Below the pieces are notes generated by a model. That model was not told the DNA's origin and did no database searches. It saw nothing but the letters and a program-made list of their open reading frames with translations. DNA of 64,000 nt from an uncultured Acidimicrobiales bacterium (GTDB lineage: Bacteria > Actinomycetota > Acidimicrobiia > Acidimicrobiales > UBA10347): assembly GCA_943788915.1 (NCBI GenBank), contig CALSSD010000009.1, positions 1 through 64,000 of the forward strand, read 5' to 3'. Positions 28,805 through 39,563 of the stretch are shown here, one piece after another. Positions within the stretch are counted from its first letter, which is position 1. Every line of letters begins with the position of its first letter. The position numbers were made by a program, and so were the translations under genes.

Positions 28805-31800
28805 GTGAACGAAGGCGACCAGAGAGTCGAGAAACAGGGGTCTGGTCGCTCCCCTCGCCCGCCGCAAAAGCGGACGAGGCGGAAACGAGCACCAGGCGCT
28901 GACGATGAACAACTCGCAGCGCTGCGCAAGCGTCTCAACTCGGTGTCGCGTGCTGACCAACGACGGCTTGGCCGCAGGGTCAAGGGCGCCGCCAAAATCC
29001 AGCAAGCGGAACGCAGAGCCAAGGTCGTCACCGAGCTCACCACCAAAATTGACCAGGCCGAAAAACAGCTCGCCCGCCGGCTTGCGGCGATACCGGTCTG
29101 CACCTACCCGCCCGAACTGCCGATCACACAACGTCGCGACGAACTCCTCGCGGCCATCCGAGACAACCAGGTAGTGGTTATCGCCGGCGAAACCGGCTCG
29201 GGCAAGAGCACACAGCTACCCAAGATCTGTCTCGACGCTGGCCTGGGCAAACGTGGCATGGTTGGCCACACCCAACCCCGTCGCATCGCTGCCCGTTCGG
29301 TCGCCGCCCGCATCGCCGAGGAACTCGACCAACAAATCGGCAGCGCCGTTGGTTACTCGGTTCGCTTCGACAACAAGACCAACGACAAGACATCGATCAA
29401 GGTCATGACCGATGGCATCTTGCTTGCCGAACTCGCTCATGACCCTGACCTGTTGGCCTACGACGTCATCATTGTCGACGAGGCCCACGAGCGCAGCCTG
29501 AACATCGACTTCCTGCTCGGCTATCTGCATCGCCTTCTTCCCCGGCGGCCCGATCTACATGTGGTCGTCACCTCGGCCACCATTGATACTGCCAAGATTG
29601 CTGCCCACTTCGACGATGCCCCGATCATCGAAGTGTCTGGCCGCAACTACCCGGTCGACATTCGTTACCAGCCGCGCGATGGCGAAGGCGAAACCCTCGA
29701 AGTCCCTGCTGCGGTGCGGCGAGCGATCACCGAACTCACACGAGAGGGACCAGGCGACATCCTGGTCTTCAGCAGCGGTGAACGCGAGATCAACGACATC
29801 TGCGAATCGGTTCGACGCCACGAGCCCGACTTCGAAGTGCTGCCGCTCTACGCGCGCCTGTCGTCCAAAGAACAGCAGCGTGTCTTTGGCGAATCGAAAC
29901 GACGCCGTATCGTCGTCTCCACCAATGTTGCGGAGACGTCGCTGACTGTGCCCGGCGTGCGATACGTCATCGACGTCGGCGAAGCACGCATGTCGCGATT
30001 CAGCCAGCGGACCAAGGTCCAGCGACTCCCCATCGAACCGGTGTCGCAAGCATCGGCGAACCAGCGCAGTGGCCGTTGCGGACGCCTCGGCCCCGGTGTG
30101 GCCATCCGGCTGTACGAAGAAGAAGACTTCGACAGCCGCCCTGAATTCACCGAACCCGAGATCCAACGAACGAATCTGGCATCGGTCATCTTGACGATGG
30201 CCAGCCAGCGGCTCGGCTCGCCACTGGAGTTCCCGTTCATCGACCCGCCCGAACCGCGAGCGGTCATCGACGGCGTACGTCTCCTCCACGAACTACACGC
30301 CGTGGAGTCGCCAGCAGTACCGGAAGCTGGCAACGCTGGCCGCGATTGGTTGACCGACACCGGCCGTGCGTTGGCCAAGCTGCCGATGGACCCCAGACTC
30401 GGGCGCATCATGTTGGCAGGCAACGACGAAGGTTGCCTGTTCGAGGCCACCATCATCGCTGCCGCCCTGGCCGTACAAGATCCGAGGGAGCGTCCTCGTG
30501 AGAAACAGAAAGCCGCCGACGACGCGCATGCTCGTTTCGTCGACGACCGCAGCGATGTACTCACCTTGCTGCATCTGTGGCACGCCGCAAGCAAGAAACG
30601 CAACGAACTCAACCGACGCCAGTTCACAAAATGGTGCCGTGACCGGTTCCTGCATGCGCAACGCATCAGTGAATGGTTCGACACCATCGAGCAGCTCCGG
30701 TCGTCGGCCGAAGAGATGGGTCTCCCGAACAGCTACAGCAGTAACTTCGATGTCTCGCTCGGCCCACGAGCCGACGATCCATCAAACTGGGGCGACGACA
30801 TTCATCGCGCTGTACTCACCGGCATGTTGTCTCAGGTCGGCATGCGGATCGAACGATCCCACGAATACCTGGGCCCTCGAAATGTTCGGTTTGCAATCCA
30901 GCCTGGTTCCACATGCTTCGAGACACGACCAAGCTGGATCATGGCCACAACCCTGGTCGAAACCACCCGGTTGTGGGCACGGACTGTTGCGCCAATCGAC
31001 CCATCATGGCTCGAGGACCCAGCCGAACATCTGACCACCATCGAGGTCGGGGACGGTGTTTGGGACGCCGAGACCGGCCGGGCGATGACTACCGAGACTG
31101 TTCGGTTATACGGGCTGCCGATCGTTGCTGACCGCCTCGTCCCCGTGGACCGGCACGATCCGGTAACCGCACGCGAGATGTTCATTCATCACGCGTTGAT
31201 CGAAGGTGATTGGCAGCACCAACGCCATCACTTCGAGGCGACCAATGCCTCGGTGCGCCACGAAGCCCGCAACCTGGCAGTTCGAGCAACACAACGCAGT
31301 TTCGACGACGAATACGACCGGGTGTGGTCCTTCTACGACGCAGGGTCTACCGGCCCACGTCACCAGCGCTCCCCATTTCGAAACATGGTTTGGCCCAGCA
31401 TCGGTCGAGGATCCGCACCTGCTCGAAATGTCGGTGCACGACCTGATCACCGAGGAAGAGTCGGCGGTCGACGAAGTCAAGTTCCCCGACGAAATCAGCC
31501 ACGGCAGCATACGCCTGGCCCTGGACTATCAGGATGCCGCCACTTCCGTCGCCGTCGATATTCCCGTGACCGCAGCGAGCAGCATCGAAGCCATGACTTT
31601 CCTGGGTGTTGTGCCCGGTCATCGACGCGAAGCCGTCATCGCTCTCGTCCGAGCGCTACCGAAACCCATCCGCAAGCGACTCGTGCCTGTTCCAGAGACC
31701 GTCGATCAGATCATGGCGGAACTACCCGATCCGGCGATGTCTGCTGGCGACGACACTGCGTCGTTTGCGCTCGGTTTGCGCCAAGCGTTGGAACGCCGAA

Positions 31801-32834
31801 TCGGCCAAACCTTGCCGGTGAACGCGCTCGACCCCCGTTCGCTGCCCCAACCGCTGCGGCCCCACTATCGGATCGTCAACGACAGCGGCGAGGTGCTGGC
31901 CGAAGGCGCCGACCTCGACCTGTTGCGTGACGCACTCAAAGCAGACATCGCCCAGGCTCTGCACGTCGGCTCCGAAGGTGTCACTCACGCTGGGGCCACA
32001 TCATGGGAGTTCGGCTCGATCCCGAAGACGGTTTCGGTTGGCGCACGCCAGGGATCAACGATCGCGTATCCCGCACTCGTTGATCGGACCGACACCGTCA
32101 CCGTCGAGTTGCTACCGACGGCAGGCGCCCAATCTGCTGCCATGTGGAAGGGCAGTCGCCAACTGCTGCGGCTCACGGTCAAGGCTCCGCTTCGCGAAAT
32201 GAACGAGGTGTTGACCAACGCCAGGCTCCTGTCGTTGACGCTCACGGCCCATGGTGAGCGCAAAGAGTGGTTCGAAGACCTTACGCTCGCGTGTCTGGGC
32301 ACGATTATTGATGACGCTGGTATCCCCTGGGACGGCGACGACTTCGCACAATTGCAGCAACGAGCCCGACGGGATCTACCGCGGCTCGCATCGACATGGG
32401 CCCCGGTCGCTGCCGAGATGATCGATGAGACCGCGGCAATCCGCATGGCGCTCGTCGCTGGTGACCAATTGCCGCAAGATTGCATCAACGACGCCCGCAA
32501 TCACCTTGACCGACTCGTCTTTCCCGGACATCTCAGCGCCATTGGTGTCGGACGGTTCCACGACATGCTCCGTTACCTTCGAGGCATCCGAGCCCGCCTC
32601 GACAAACTTCCCACCCGGGTTATGGCCGACCGAACTTCGATGCACGAAATCTTGGGTGTCGAGGATTTCTACGACACTGTGGTCACCCACATGTCATGGT
32701 CGAAGGAAATCGAAGCGGTTGCTTGGTCGCTCGAAGAGCTCCGAATCAGCGCATTCGCTCAACACCTGGGCGCTCGCGAGAAGGTCAGCGTCGCGCGTCT
32801 ACGAAAACGACTCGACAAGATCGCCGCCGCATGA
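28805..32834 (+). CDS. hrpA: ATP-dependent RNA helicase HrpA, frameshifted near 31343
   Basis: GETGSGKST, TQPRRIAA, DEAH, SAT, QRSGRCGR. The C-terminal part (EELRISAFAQHLG) continues in the 31206..32834 frame. Confidence 0.93.
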
Positions 32835-34933
32835 GCCGCACCGACAACACCACACACACGGCATCGGTGCAGGATCCGGCAACGCAACCAGCACGCAAAA
32901 GAAAGCGTCGGTCTGAGCCGCTCGACGCGGCCGAGGTCGCCGACGCTGCCATCACCGCAGCTCTGGTTGTGGCGCTCCTCGCTGTCGGCCGCGTGCTCGC
33001 GTCCGGAAGCCTATTTCAGGTGTTCGCGGCCTTCGTTGTTGCCGTCCTTGCCGCCCGCCGCCGTACCCGGGCGGTCGTCATTTCAACCTGCGCTGCCGCC
33101 TCCATCGCCCTGATTCTGGGCGGCCTCGGTCCCGTCAGCCAGGCAGCGCTCGCCGGGGTCTTTGGCTGGTGCGGCGGTTTCGCGCTGCGCCGAAAGTGGG
33201 GCCGTATTCGAACGGTTGCCTTCTCGTTGCTTATTGCCTGGCCGGCCATGTCATTCAGCGTGCTGTTCTTCTACCCGGCAGTCGCTATCAACGGCAAGCT
33301 GCGCAAACTTGTCTTTGAAAACATCGAGAACCAAGCCAAGGGGTTTGGCAACATCATCACCAACGTAGGTGGCGTGTTCGGAAGCCTGGGCCTCGGTTTC
33401 GTCGAACGGGCAGCTGATTGGGTCGAAGGCGCGCTTGACTCCACTGCCGCATTCCTCATCGAAAATTGGCTGTTGCTCATCCCCGCAACCGAACTGATCT
33501 ACACCGCGATCTATGCGTTGGCTATCCGGGCTGTCGGTGGAGCCATCTTGCGACGCCTCGACAAGGCCCTCGTTGACCCAATTGCGTTGTCTCTGCGCCA
33601 TGATGCAAACGCCCAGCCGCTCCCGGTCACTATTGCTGGTGATGCACTCAAACGCAATGGCACGACAGTCACCATGCCGCTGCATCTCGATATCCAGCCT
33701 GGTGAACATGTGGTAGTCGAGGGTCCCAACGGCGCCGGCAAGTCCACATTGCTCGATGCGCTCGCGGGCATAGACAACCGTGACTCGATCCTTCGCCCGG
33801 GCGCGGTTGGCCTTGGCAGTTTCGGTGGCACCGCTCGGGTTGGTCAACGTCCCGAAGCCCAGGTCGTAGGCACCACGGTCGAGGAAGACTTGCGGTGGGG
33901 ACTTGACATACCGATTGACGTCTCCGCGACCCTGGCCGACGTCGGACTCGTACTGCCTGAAGATCGCCCGACCAGTGAGTTGTCTGGCGGTGAACTCCAA
34001 CGGTTAGCCCTTGCATCAGCGCTTCGACGAGAACCCAAGCTGCTGCTGGCAGACGAGGTCACCTCCATGCTCGACCCTGCAGAACAAGAACGTATTACCA
34101 ACCGGCTGAACGCACTTCGTAACACAGCGGTTGTGCGCACGACCCACCGCAACGATGCCGCGCCGACAGATCGGCGTATTTTGCTCACGTCGATCAACCC
34201 GACACCGACGCTCATACCCGACGGGACAAACGAATTACGGACGATTACGTCGGCAGTGACGGAATCTCGGCTGCTGCGACTCCGCGATGTTGGGTTCACG
34301 CACAACCCAACCCAGCCGTGGGCCCACGAGGTCCTTAGCGGCGTGGATCTGTCGATCCACCGGTATGAGATGTTGATGATCGAGGGCCGAAATGGCAGCG
34401 GTAAAACCACGCTGGCCCGCATTCTTGCCGGTTTGGCCGAGCCCACAACCGGTGAACTCACCGAAGCCAAAGGGGTGAAACGAGCACTGGCGCATCAGCA
34501 CGTGCGGCTCCAACTCCTCCGCCCAACGGTGTCCGCAGAACTGCATTCGCTCGCTGGCGTGCGCACCGATGGCAAACAACCATCGACCGACGTTGAGCGC
34601 CATGGAATGCGCTCCGACAATCTCGACACGACAATCGAACTGTTTGCGCTCGAGCATCTCCTCAATCGGCGTATCGATGAACTGAGCGGCGGCGAACAGC
34701 GCCGGGTATTGCTGGCCGGACTCGTGGCCCGGGGCGTATCGCTGCTTGTTCTCGACGAGCCACTGGCGGGGCTCGACGCATCGGGACGCACTGATCTGGC
34801 CGTCACCCTTGACCGAGTACGGCTCGCTGGCACTTCGATCATCGTGGTCAGCCATGACATCGACTGGGCGCCGCCACATGTAGACCAGCGGCTACGCCTG
34901 ACCAACGGCCGGCTTGAAAACGTGTACCCATGA
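32831..34933 (+). CDS. ECF-type transporter fusion: N-terminal membrane domain plus two ABC ATPase domains
   Basis: TM helices, then GPNGAGKST/LSGGE and GRNGSGKTT/LSGGE/LDEP. Confidence 0.88.
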   Translation: MSRTDNTTHTASVQDPATQPARKRKRRSEPLDAAEVADAAITAALVVALLAVGRVLASGSLFQVFAAFVVAVLAARRRTRAVVISTCAAASIALILGGLGPVSQAALAGVFGWCGGFALRRKWGRIRTVAFSLLIAWPAMSFSVLFFYPAVAINGKLRKLVFENIENQAKGFGNIITNVGGVFGSLGLGFVERAADWVEGALDSTAAFLIENWLLLIPATELIYTAIYALAIRAVGGAILRRLDKALVDPIALSLRHDANAQPLPVTIAGDALKRNGTTVTMPLHLDIQPGEHVVVEGPNGAGKSTLLDALAGIDNRDSILRPGAVGLGSFGGTARVGQRPEAQVVGTTVEEDLRWGLDIPIDVSATLADVGLVLPEDRPTSELSGGELQRLALASALRREPKLLLADEVTSMLDPAEQERITNRLNALRNTAVVRTTHRNDAAPTDRRILLTSINPTPTLIPDGTNELRTITSAVTESRLLRLRDVGFTHNPTQPWAHEVLSGVDLSIHRYEMLMIEGRNGSGKTTLARILAGLAEPTTGELTEAKGVKRALAHQHVRLQLLRPTVSAELHSLAGVRTDGKQPSTDVERHGMRSDNLDTTIELFALEHLLNRRIDELSGGEQRRVLLAGLVARGVSLLVLDEPLAGLDASGRTDLAVTLDRVRLAGTSIIVVSHDIDWAPPHVDQRLRLTNGRLENVYP

Positions 34934-35724
34934 GTCGCTCACAATCCTTCTTCCGTCCGGTGCCGGTTGAGTCGCCCATCCACCGACTGGCGCCGGAGAC
35001 AAAGGTGCTTGGTGGCATCGTCATATCGATAGGCCTGGTCTTCAACCCGCTGTGGAGCCATGTACTTGTTGCGGCAGGGTTAGTTATTGCCGTCTTCATC
35101 ATGGCCAATCTTCCACGGTCGGTCCTGCCGAAGATTCCGCTGATCGTCCGATTCGCGTTGTTCGGCGGCGCTATTGGAGCCGCAGCCTCGGGCGAAGAGC
35201 CGTTTGTCGCCGGAATCGGTGTCGGTGGCCTGCTGGACTACGGCCGACTCATCGTGGTCGGCATCGTCATGATCCTGTGGGCTGGCATTCTCAGCTGGAC
35301 AACCGGTCTTACTGCAGTCGGTTTCGCCATCCGCCGGTTGATACGGCCACTGCGCCGCGTTGGCGTGCCCGTCGACGAGATTGGCTCTGTTGTGGCCCTG
35401 GCCGTGCGTTCTCTACCGCTGGTCACCGACGAGATCGACGTGGTTAATGAATCGGTCACGAACCGGCCGTCGCCCGCCGACTTGTCAGACAAACCGCTTC
35501 GCGAAGCTTTCTCCTACATCGGGGATATCGCCACTGCAGTGGTTATCGGCAGTCATCGTCGGGCACGCGATTTGGCCACCGCAATGGTCAGCCGCGGATC
35601 AACGACCGCTCCTGACCCCCACAGGCCAGATTTTCGCAAAATTGATATCGCGGTGATAGTTGGCTCGTTTGCGCTATGTGTTGCGGCTTTTTTGGTCCCA
35701 GGATGGCCGCCGATCGGCGAGTAG
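34930..35724 (+). CDS. ECF transporter T component (EcfT/CbiQ family)
   Basis: SPIHRLAPETK, LAVRSLP, AMVSRG. ATGA overlap with the ATPase gene. Confidence 0.88.
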   Translation: MSRSQSFFRPVPVESPIHRLAPETKVLGGIVISIGLVFNPLWSHVLVAAGLVIAVFIMANLPRSVLPKIPLIVRFALFGGAIGAAASGEEPFVAGIGVGGLLDYGRLIVVGIVMILWAGILSWTTGLTAVGFAIRRLIRPLRRVGVPVDEIGSVVALAVRSLPLVTDEIDVVNESVTNRPSPADLSDKPLREAFSYIGDIATAVVIGSHRRARDLATAMVSRGSTTAPDPHRPDFRKIDIAVIVGSFALCVAAFLVPGWPPIGE

Positions 35725-35774
35725 GGCCCAAGCGACACCTTCCGGGCTACTGCGCCACCTAAACTAGTCGAGTT

Positions 35775-36956
35775 ATGCGTATAGGTACTTCGCGGGCTGA
35801 CCGCCTCGGTTTCGTAGTCTTCGCTGCTCTCGCCAGCTTGCTGGCAGTTCTGGTTGTTACAAATCTCAACAACGACCCAACCGAATCGGCCCAGTCGGTG
35901 ACTACGTTCGCGGACGTCGCCCCACCGACTGCGATTCCCCAGACCAAAGTGCTCAGTATCCCCGAGCCCACACCGTCGCCTGAGCCCATCACCATCGAGC
36001 CCGCTGCGGCTTCCGTGACCGACGACGAAGACGAGACCGAGTCGGACTCGGACGAACAAGACGACGATAATCAAGATGCCTCGACCGCCGACGGCGACGC
36101 AGCCGACGAAGGCACCACCGACACGTCGAACCCGACCGATGCGCAGAGTGCCAACGCAGAACCTGCCCAGGCTGCTCCAGCCGCCAGTGCTGTCCCGAAC
36201 CCACAAGCAGCGGCTGCCACCGCCGTTCCCAACCCACAGGCAGCAGCCGCCACCGCTGTTCCCAACCCACAACCCGCAACCCAACCTGGAGCTGCGGCTC
36301 CGGTAAACGTGCCTGCCGATGCCCCTGCTGGCGGGACCTTCACCCACACGCTGAGCGCCAAAGTTTCTCGGCCAACACTTCACACCACTCCTGGCGGCCC
36401 GGCCTTCACCCCCACCTTCAACGGGACCGCACTACCTGCAGTCAACCCAACCGTGTTCGGCAACACCCTGGTGTACCGAGTGATCGCTGGCCAGCCCGGT
36501 GATGTATGGGCCAAGGTCTTCGTCCCAGCCCGCCCGAACGGCACCACTGCTTGGGTTCAGACCTCCCAGTTCAACTGGGGTTCTTCGAACCGCATGATCC
36601 AGATCAATGTGTCCAACAACACCGTCACCATCTTCGAGGGCAGCAATGTTCTTCTGACGACTGCTGCGGTTACGGGTAAAAGTTCATCGCGCACGCCACT
36701 TGCCAATGGCTGGGTCGAAGAAATCATGGCTGGTCCAAGCAGCGCCTATGGCCCCCGCCTGCTCAGCCTCGGCATCTTCTCTGACTCACTGAATTCCTTC
36801 GGTGGCAGCATCCCCAAGATTGCTCTCCATGGCACGAACAACCCGTCGCTCATGGGTCAGTACGCATCCAACGGCTGCATCCGAGTTCCCAACGACATCA
36901 TTAACCAGATCGCTGGTCTGATGCCCGTCGGCTCCAAGGTCATTATCACCGGCTAA
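35775..36956 (+). CDS. L,D-transpeptidase with a low-complexity stalk
   Basis: N-terminal TM, acidic and AVPNPQAAAAT repeats, PARPNGTTAWV, LHGT...SNGCIR. Confidence 0.9.
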   Translation: MRIGTSRADRLGFVVFAALASLLAVLVVTNLNNDPTESAQSVTTFADVAPPTAIPQTKVLSIPEPTPSPEPITIEPAAASVTDDEDETESDSDEQDDDNQDASTADGDAADEGTTDTSNPTDAQSANAEPAQAAPAASAVPNPQAAAATAVPNPQAAAATAVPNPQPATQPGAAAPVNVPADAPAGGTFTHTLSAKVSRPTLHTTPGGPAFTPTFNGTALPAVNPTVFGNTLVYRVIAGQPGDVWAKVFVPARPNGTTAWVQTSQFNWGSSNRMIQINVSNNTVTIFEGSNVLLTTAAVTGKSSSRTPLANGWVEEIMAGPSSAYGPRLLSLGIFSDSLNSFGGSIPKIALHGTNNPSLMGQYASNGCIRVPNDIINQIAGLMPVGSKVIITG

Positions 36957-36980
36957 TCCGGGTTCGCTACGAGAACGCAC

Positions 36981-37014
36981 ATGTGGAGCGCCACCCACGG
37001 GTGGCGCTCCACAT
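36981..37014. terminator. Probable bidirectional terminator between convergent genes
   Basis: ATGTGGAGCGCCACC-CACG-GGTGGCGCTCCACAT, perfect 15-bp stem. Confidence 0.8.
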
Positions 37015-37050
37015 ATCGTTTTGGACCACCGTGTTTTGGATCACCGCGTT

Positions 37051-38184
37051 TTAGGCGCTCGTGGTCGCTTGCAGCACCACATGGCTCGGGTGTTTCGACA
37101 CCACTTCCACATCGGTGAACCATTGCAGCATGCGAGTGTGCAGGTTCTCATGCCGCTGCGCCACGACATAGGCCGTTCCGCCCGGTTGCAGTACCCGAGC
37201 AGCAGCGGCCAGTAACCGATCGGTCATCGCCGAATCAAGGGCATGGCCCTGATGAAACGGCGGATTTGTGATGACCATATCGACCGAGCCGTCGCTCATA
37301 TCCTTGAACCCGTCGCTGACTTGTGCCGTCATCCTGTCGCCGAGGTTGTTGGCATCCCACGTTTCGGTCGCCGCTGCCACCGCCAGGTCCGACACATCGA
37401 GCAGAACAAACTGGGCGTCGTGCCACAACGCTGCGACCGCTGCCGCAAGCACGCCATTTCCGCAGCCAAGATCAACGATCGTAGGCCAACCTTCTGGGAT
37501 AGGAAGTTCCCTCAATACCTCGAGCAACAACGCCGAGCCGATGTCGAGATGCCCAGCACTGAACGTGCCCGGATGCTGCACCACATTCAGCCCGGCGGCA
37601 GTAAACCTGGTCGTTTCTAAAACGACAGGGCCTTGAGCATCGCCGGTGGGCGAAGTGTGAATGAGGCGAGCTTTGCGGGTGGCACGCGACGTGGTGGTTG
37701 GACCTACCAGCTGCTCAAACGCGTCGACGGTCGAGCTGCGGATATGACGGACCATGCCGGTGCCGACCACCTTGGTTTCAGCGGTGCTCAACGCAGCAAT
37801 CACTCGAAGTTGGTAGTCAAGTAGCGCCGTGGTCTTCGGTATCCGCACCACGACGGTGTCGAACTGTCCCTGTGGCTGGCGGTGGCCGTGTACAACCCGA
37901 TCATCAGAAAGTGGCGCAAGATCATTGGCGGCAAGGTTGCGGGCGATAGCAGCTCGGCTCAGCGCCGAATCTGTCCATACGATTGGTTCGGCCCGAGCGA
38001 GCCCGCACGTGATGGCCCCGAACTCGTCGTTCACGATCAGCACTCGGCCAAGGTCCGCGTCGCCTAGATGCTCGAGGACCAGCTGATCGGCTGCAGACCA
38101 CGCCCTCAGCGGTGACGACGCCGGCGTGTGGGGACGTCTCACTATGATCTCGCCGGTCAGGAGCTGCATCGTCGTCTCGGCCAT
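37051..38184 (-). CDS. rRNA guanine-N2 methyltransferase, RlmG/RsmC family
   Basis: LRAWSAAD, NDEFGAI, VDLGCGNG, NPPFHQ. Confidence 0.85.
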   Translation of the reverse strand: MAETTMQLLTGEIIVRRPHTPASSPLRAWSAADQLVLEHLGDADLGRVLIVNDEFGAITCGLARAEPIVWTDSALSRAAIARNLAANDLAPLSDDRVVHGHRQPQGQFDTVVVRIPKTTALLDYQLRVIAALSTAETKVVGTGMVRHIRSSTVDAFEQLVGPTTTSRATRKARLIHTSPTGDAQGPVVLETTRFTAAGLNVVQHPGTFSAGHLDIGSALLLEVLRELPIPEGWPTIVDLGCGNGVLAAAVAALWHDAQFVLLDVSDLAVAAATETWDANNLGDRMTAQVSDGFKDMSDGSVDMVITNPPFHQGHALDSAMTDRLLAAAARVLQPGGTAYVVAQRHENLHTRMLQWFTDVEVVSKHPSHVVLQATTSA

Positions 38185-38345
38185 CTGATCACCGTAGCGA
38201 GCCCATCGCCAGCCACGCTGTTACCCGCTGGCGCAGCAGCGGCGTCTGGCCCGGCGTCGCCCTGCCCTCGCCGGCGCCCCCTGCCGGCGCCCTGTGTCGG
38301 CCCCTGTATCGGCGCCGTCGTCGCCGCACCCTAGACTTGTCAGTC

Positions 38346-38588
38346 ATGTCGACAGATACCCAGGTAGCTCCTCCCGACGCAAAATTGGACGAGGGAGACC
38401 ACGACCGATTCTCTCACTATGTGATCGGTGGTGGCGAAGCACTGATGAAGTCAGCCGTTACCGGAGAACCAGTTGTGGCGTTGTGCGGCAAGGTGTGGGT
38501 TCCGAGCCGTGACCCGAAGCGTTATCCGGTCTGTCCCGAGTGCGAAGAGATCCAAAATCTGCGCGACCCCAACACCATCGACGGATGA
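38346..38588 (+). CDS. DUF3039 family protein
   Basis: GDHDRFSHYV, PVVALCGKVWVP, PVCPEC. Confidence 0.9.
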   Translation: MSTDTQVAPPDAKLDEGDHDRFSHYVIGGGEALMKSAVTGEPVVALCGKVWVPSRDPKRYPVCPECEEIQNLRDPNTIDG

Positions 38589-39538
38589 ACGTCGACGTTT
38601 CCGACCTGCCACCGGCGTTCTCGAACCGAGTAAGCCGTGACCTTGGTGTGCCGATTCCCATCGTGCAGGCTCCAATGGGTTGGATCGCCCGCAGCCAACT
38701 CGCGTCGGCGGTACGCGCCGCGGGAGCGTGCGGCATTATCGAGACATCGTCGGGCGAGCTCGACGCAGTCAAGGAGGAGATCCGGGCGATGCGCGACGGA
38801 TCAGACCGGCCATTTGGTGTCAACATCGCACAGGCGTTTGTCCGTGATCCCAAGATCGCGGAGTTCGTGATCGACCAGGGTGTTCGTTTCGTCACCACAT
38901 CGGCGGGTTCACCTACCAAATACACCGGCATTCTGAAAGAAGCCGGGTTGACGGTGTACCACGTGGTGCCGACCCTAAGCGCCGCGTTGAAAGCCGTCGA
39001 TGCGGGTGTCGACGGTTTGGTCGTCGAAGGTAGCGAAGGCGGCGGCTTCAAGAGCCCGACGCCCGTCTCGACCATGGTGTTACTACCGCTCATTCGGTCG
39101 AGAGTCGATGTGCCTATCATCGCCGCTGGCGGCATCTGCGACGGCACGACCATGGCCGCAGCGTTTGCGCTCGGCGCCGAAGGCGTGCAGATGGGCACTC
39201 GCATGGTCTCGGCCGCAGAGAGTCCCGTCCACACCAACTGGAAAGACGCCATTGTTGCTGCGGCTGAAACCGACACGTTGTTCTTGAACGGCCAGCACTC
39301 CCCCGCACTCCGAGCGCTGCGCACCGACAAGACCGAAGCACTGGTCAACGTTGATCACAACGTCTTTGGCGAATTTGGCGATGCCCAAGGGCTCTACTTC
39401 GGCGGTGATATGGAAGCTGCGATTGCGCTGACCGGCCAGGTCGCGGGCCGCATTGACAGCGTGCGACCAGTGGCCGACATCATCAATGACACCGTCAGCG
39501 AATTCGCAGCAACCGTCGCATCATTGTCTGGTAAATAA
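38585..39538 (+). CDS. Nitronate monooxygenase / FabK-like flavin oxidoreductase
   Basis: PIVQAPMGW, PFGVN, EGSEGGG, IAAGGI, GVQMGTR, GQVAGRI. Confidence 0.9.
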   Translation: MNVDVSDLPPAFSNRVSRDLGVPIPIVQAPMGWIARSQLASAVRAAGACGIIETSSGELDAVKEEIRAMRDGSDRPFGVNIAQAFVRDPKIAEFVIDQGVRFVTTSAGSPTKYTGILKEAGLTVYHVVPTLSAALKAVDAGVDGLVVEGSEGGGFKSPTPVSTMVLLPLIRSRVDVPIIAAGGICDGTTMAAAFALGAEGVQMGTRMVSAAESPVHTNWKDAIVAAAETDTLFLNGQHSPALRALRTDKTEALVNVDHNVFGEFGDAQGLYFGGDMEAAIALTGQVAGRIDSVRPVADIINDTVSEFAATVASLSGK

Positions 39539-39563
39539 CGCACAGGTGCCTGGCACCGGTTCG

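Noticed and set aside
37018..37052. 15-bp tandem GTTTTGGA(C/T)CACCG repeat
   Set aside because: Two copies beside a terminator; probably local slippage.
38235..38330. GC-rich GGCGCC-type short repeats
   Set aside because: Irregular low-complexity intergenic sequence without a consistent unit.
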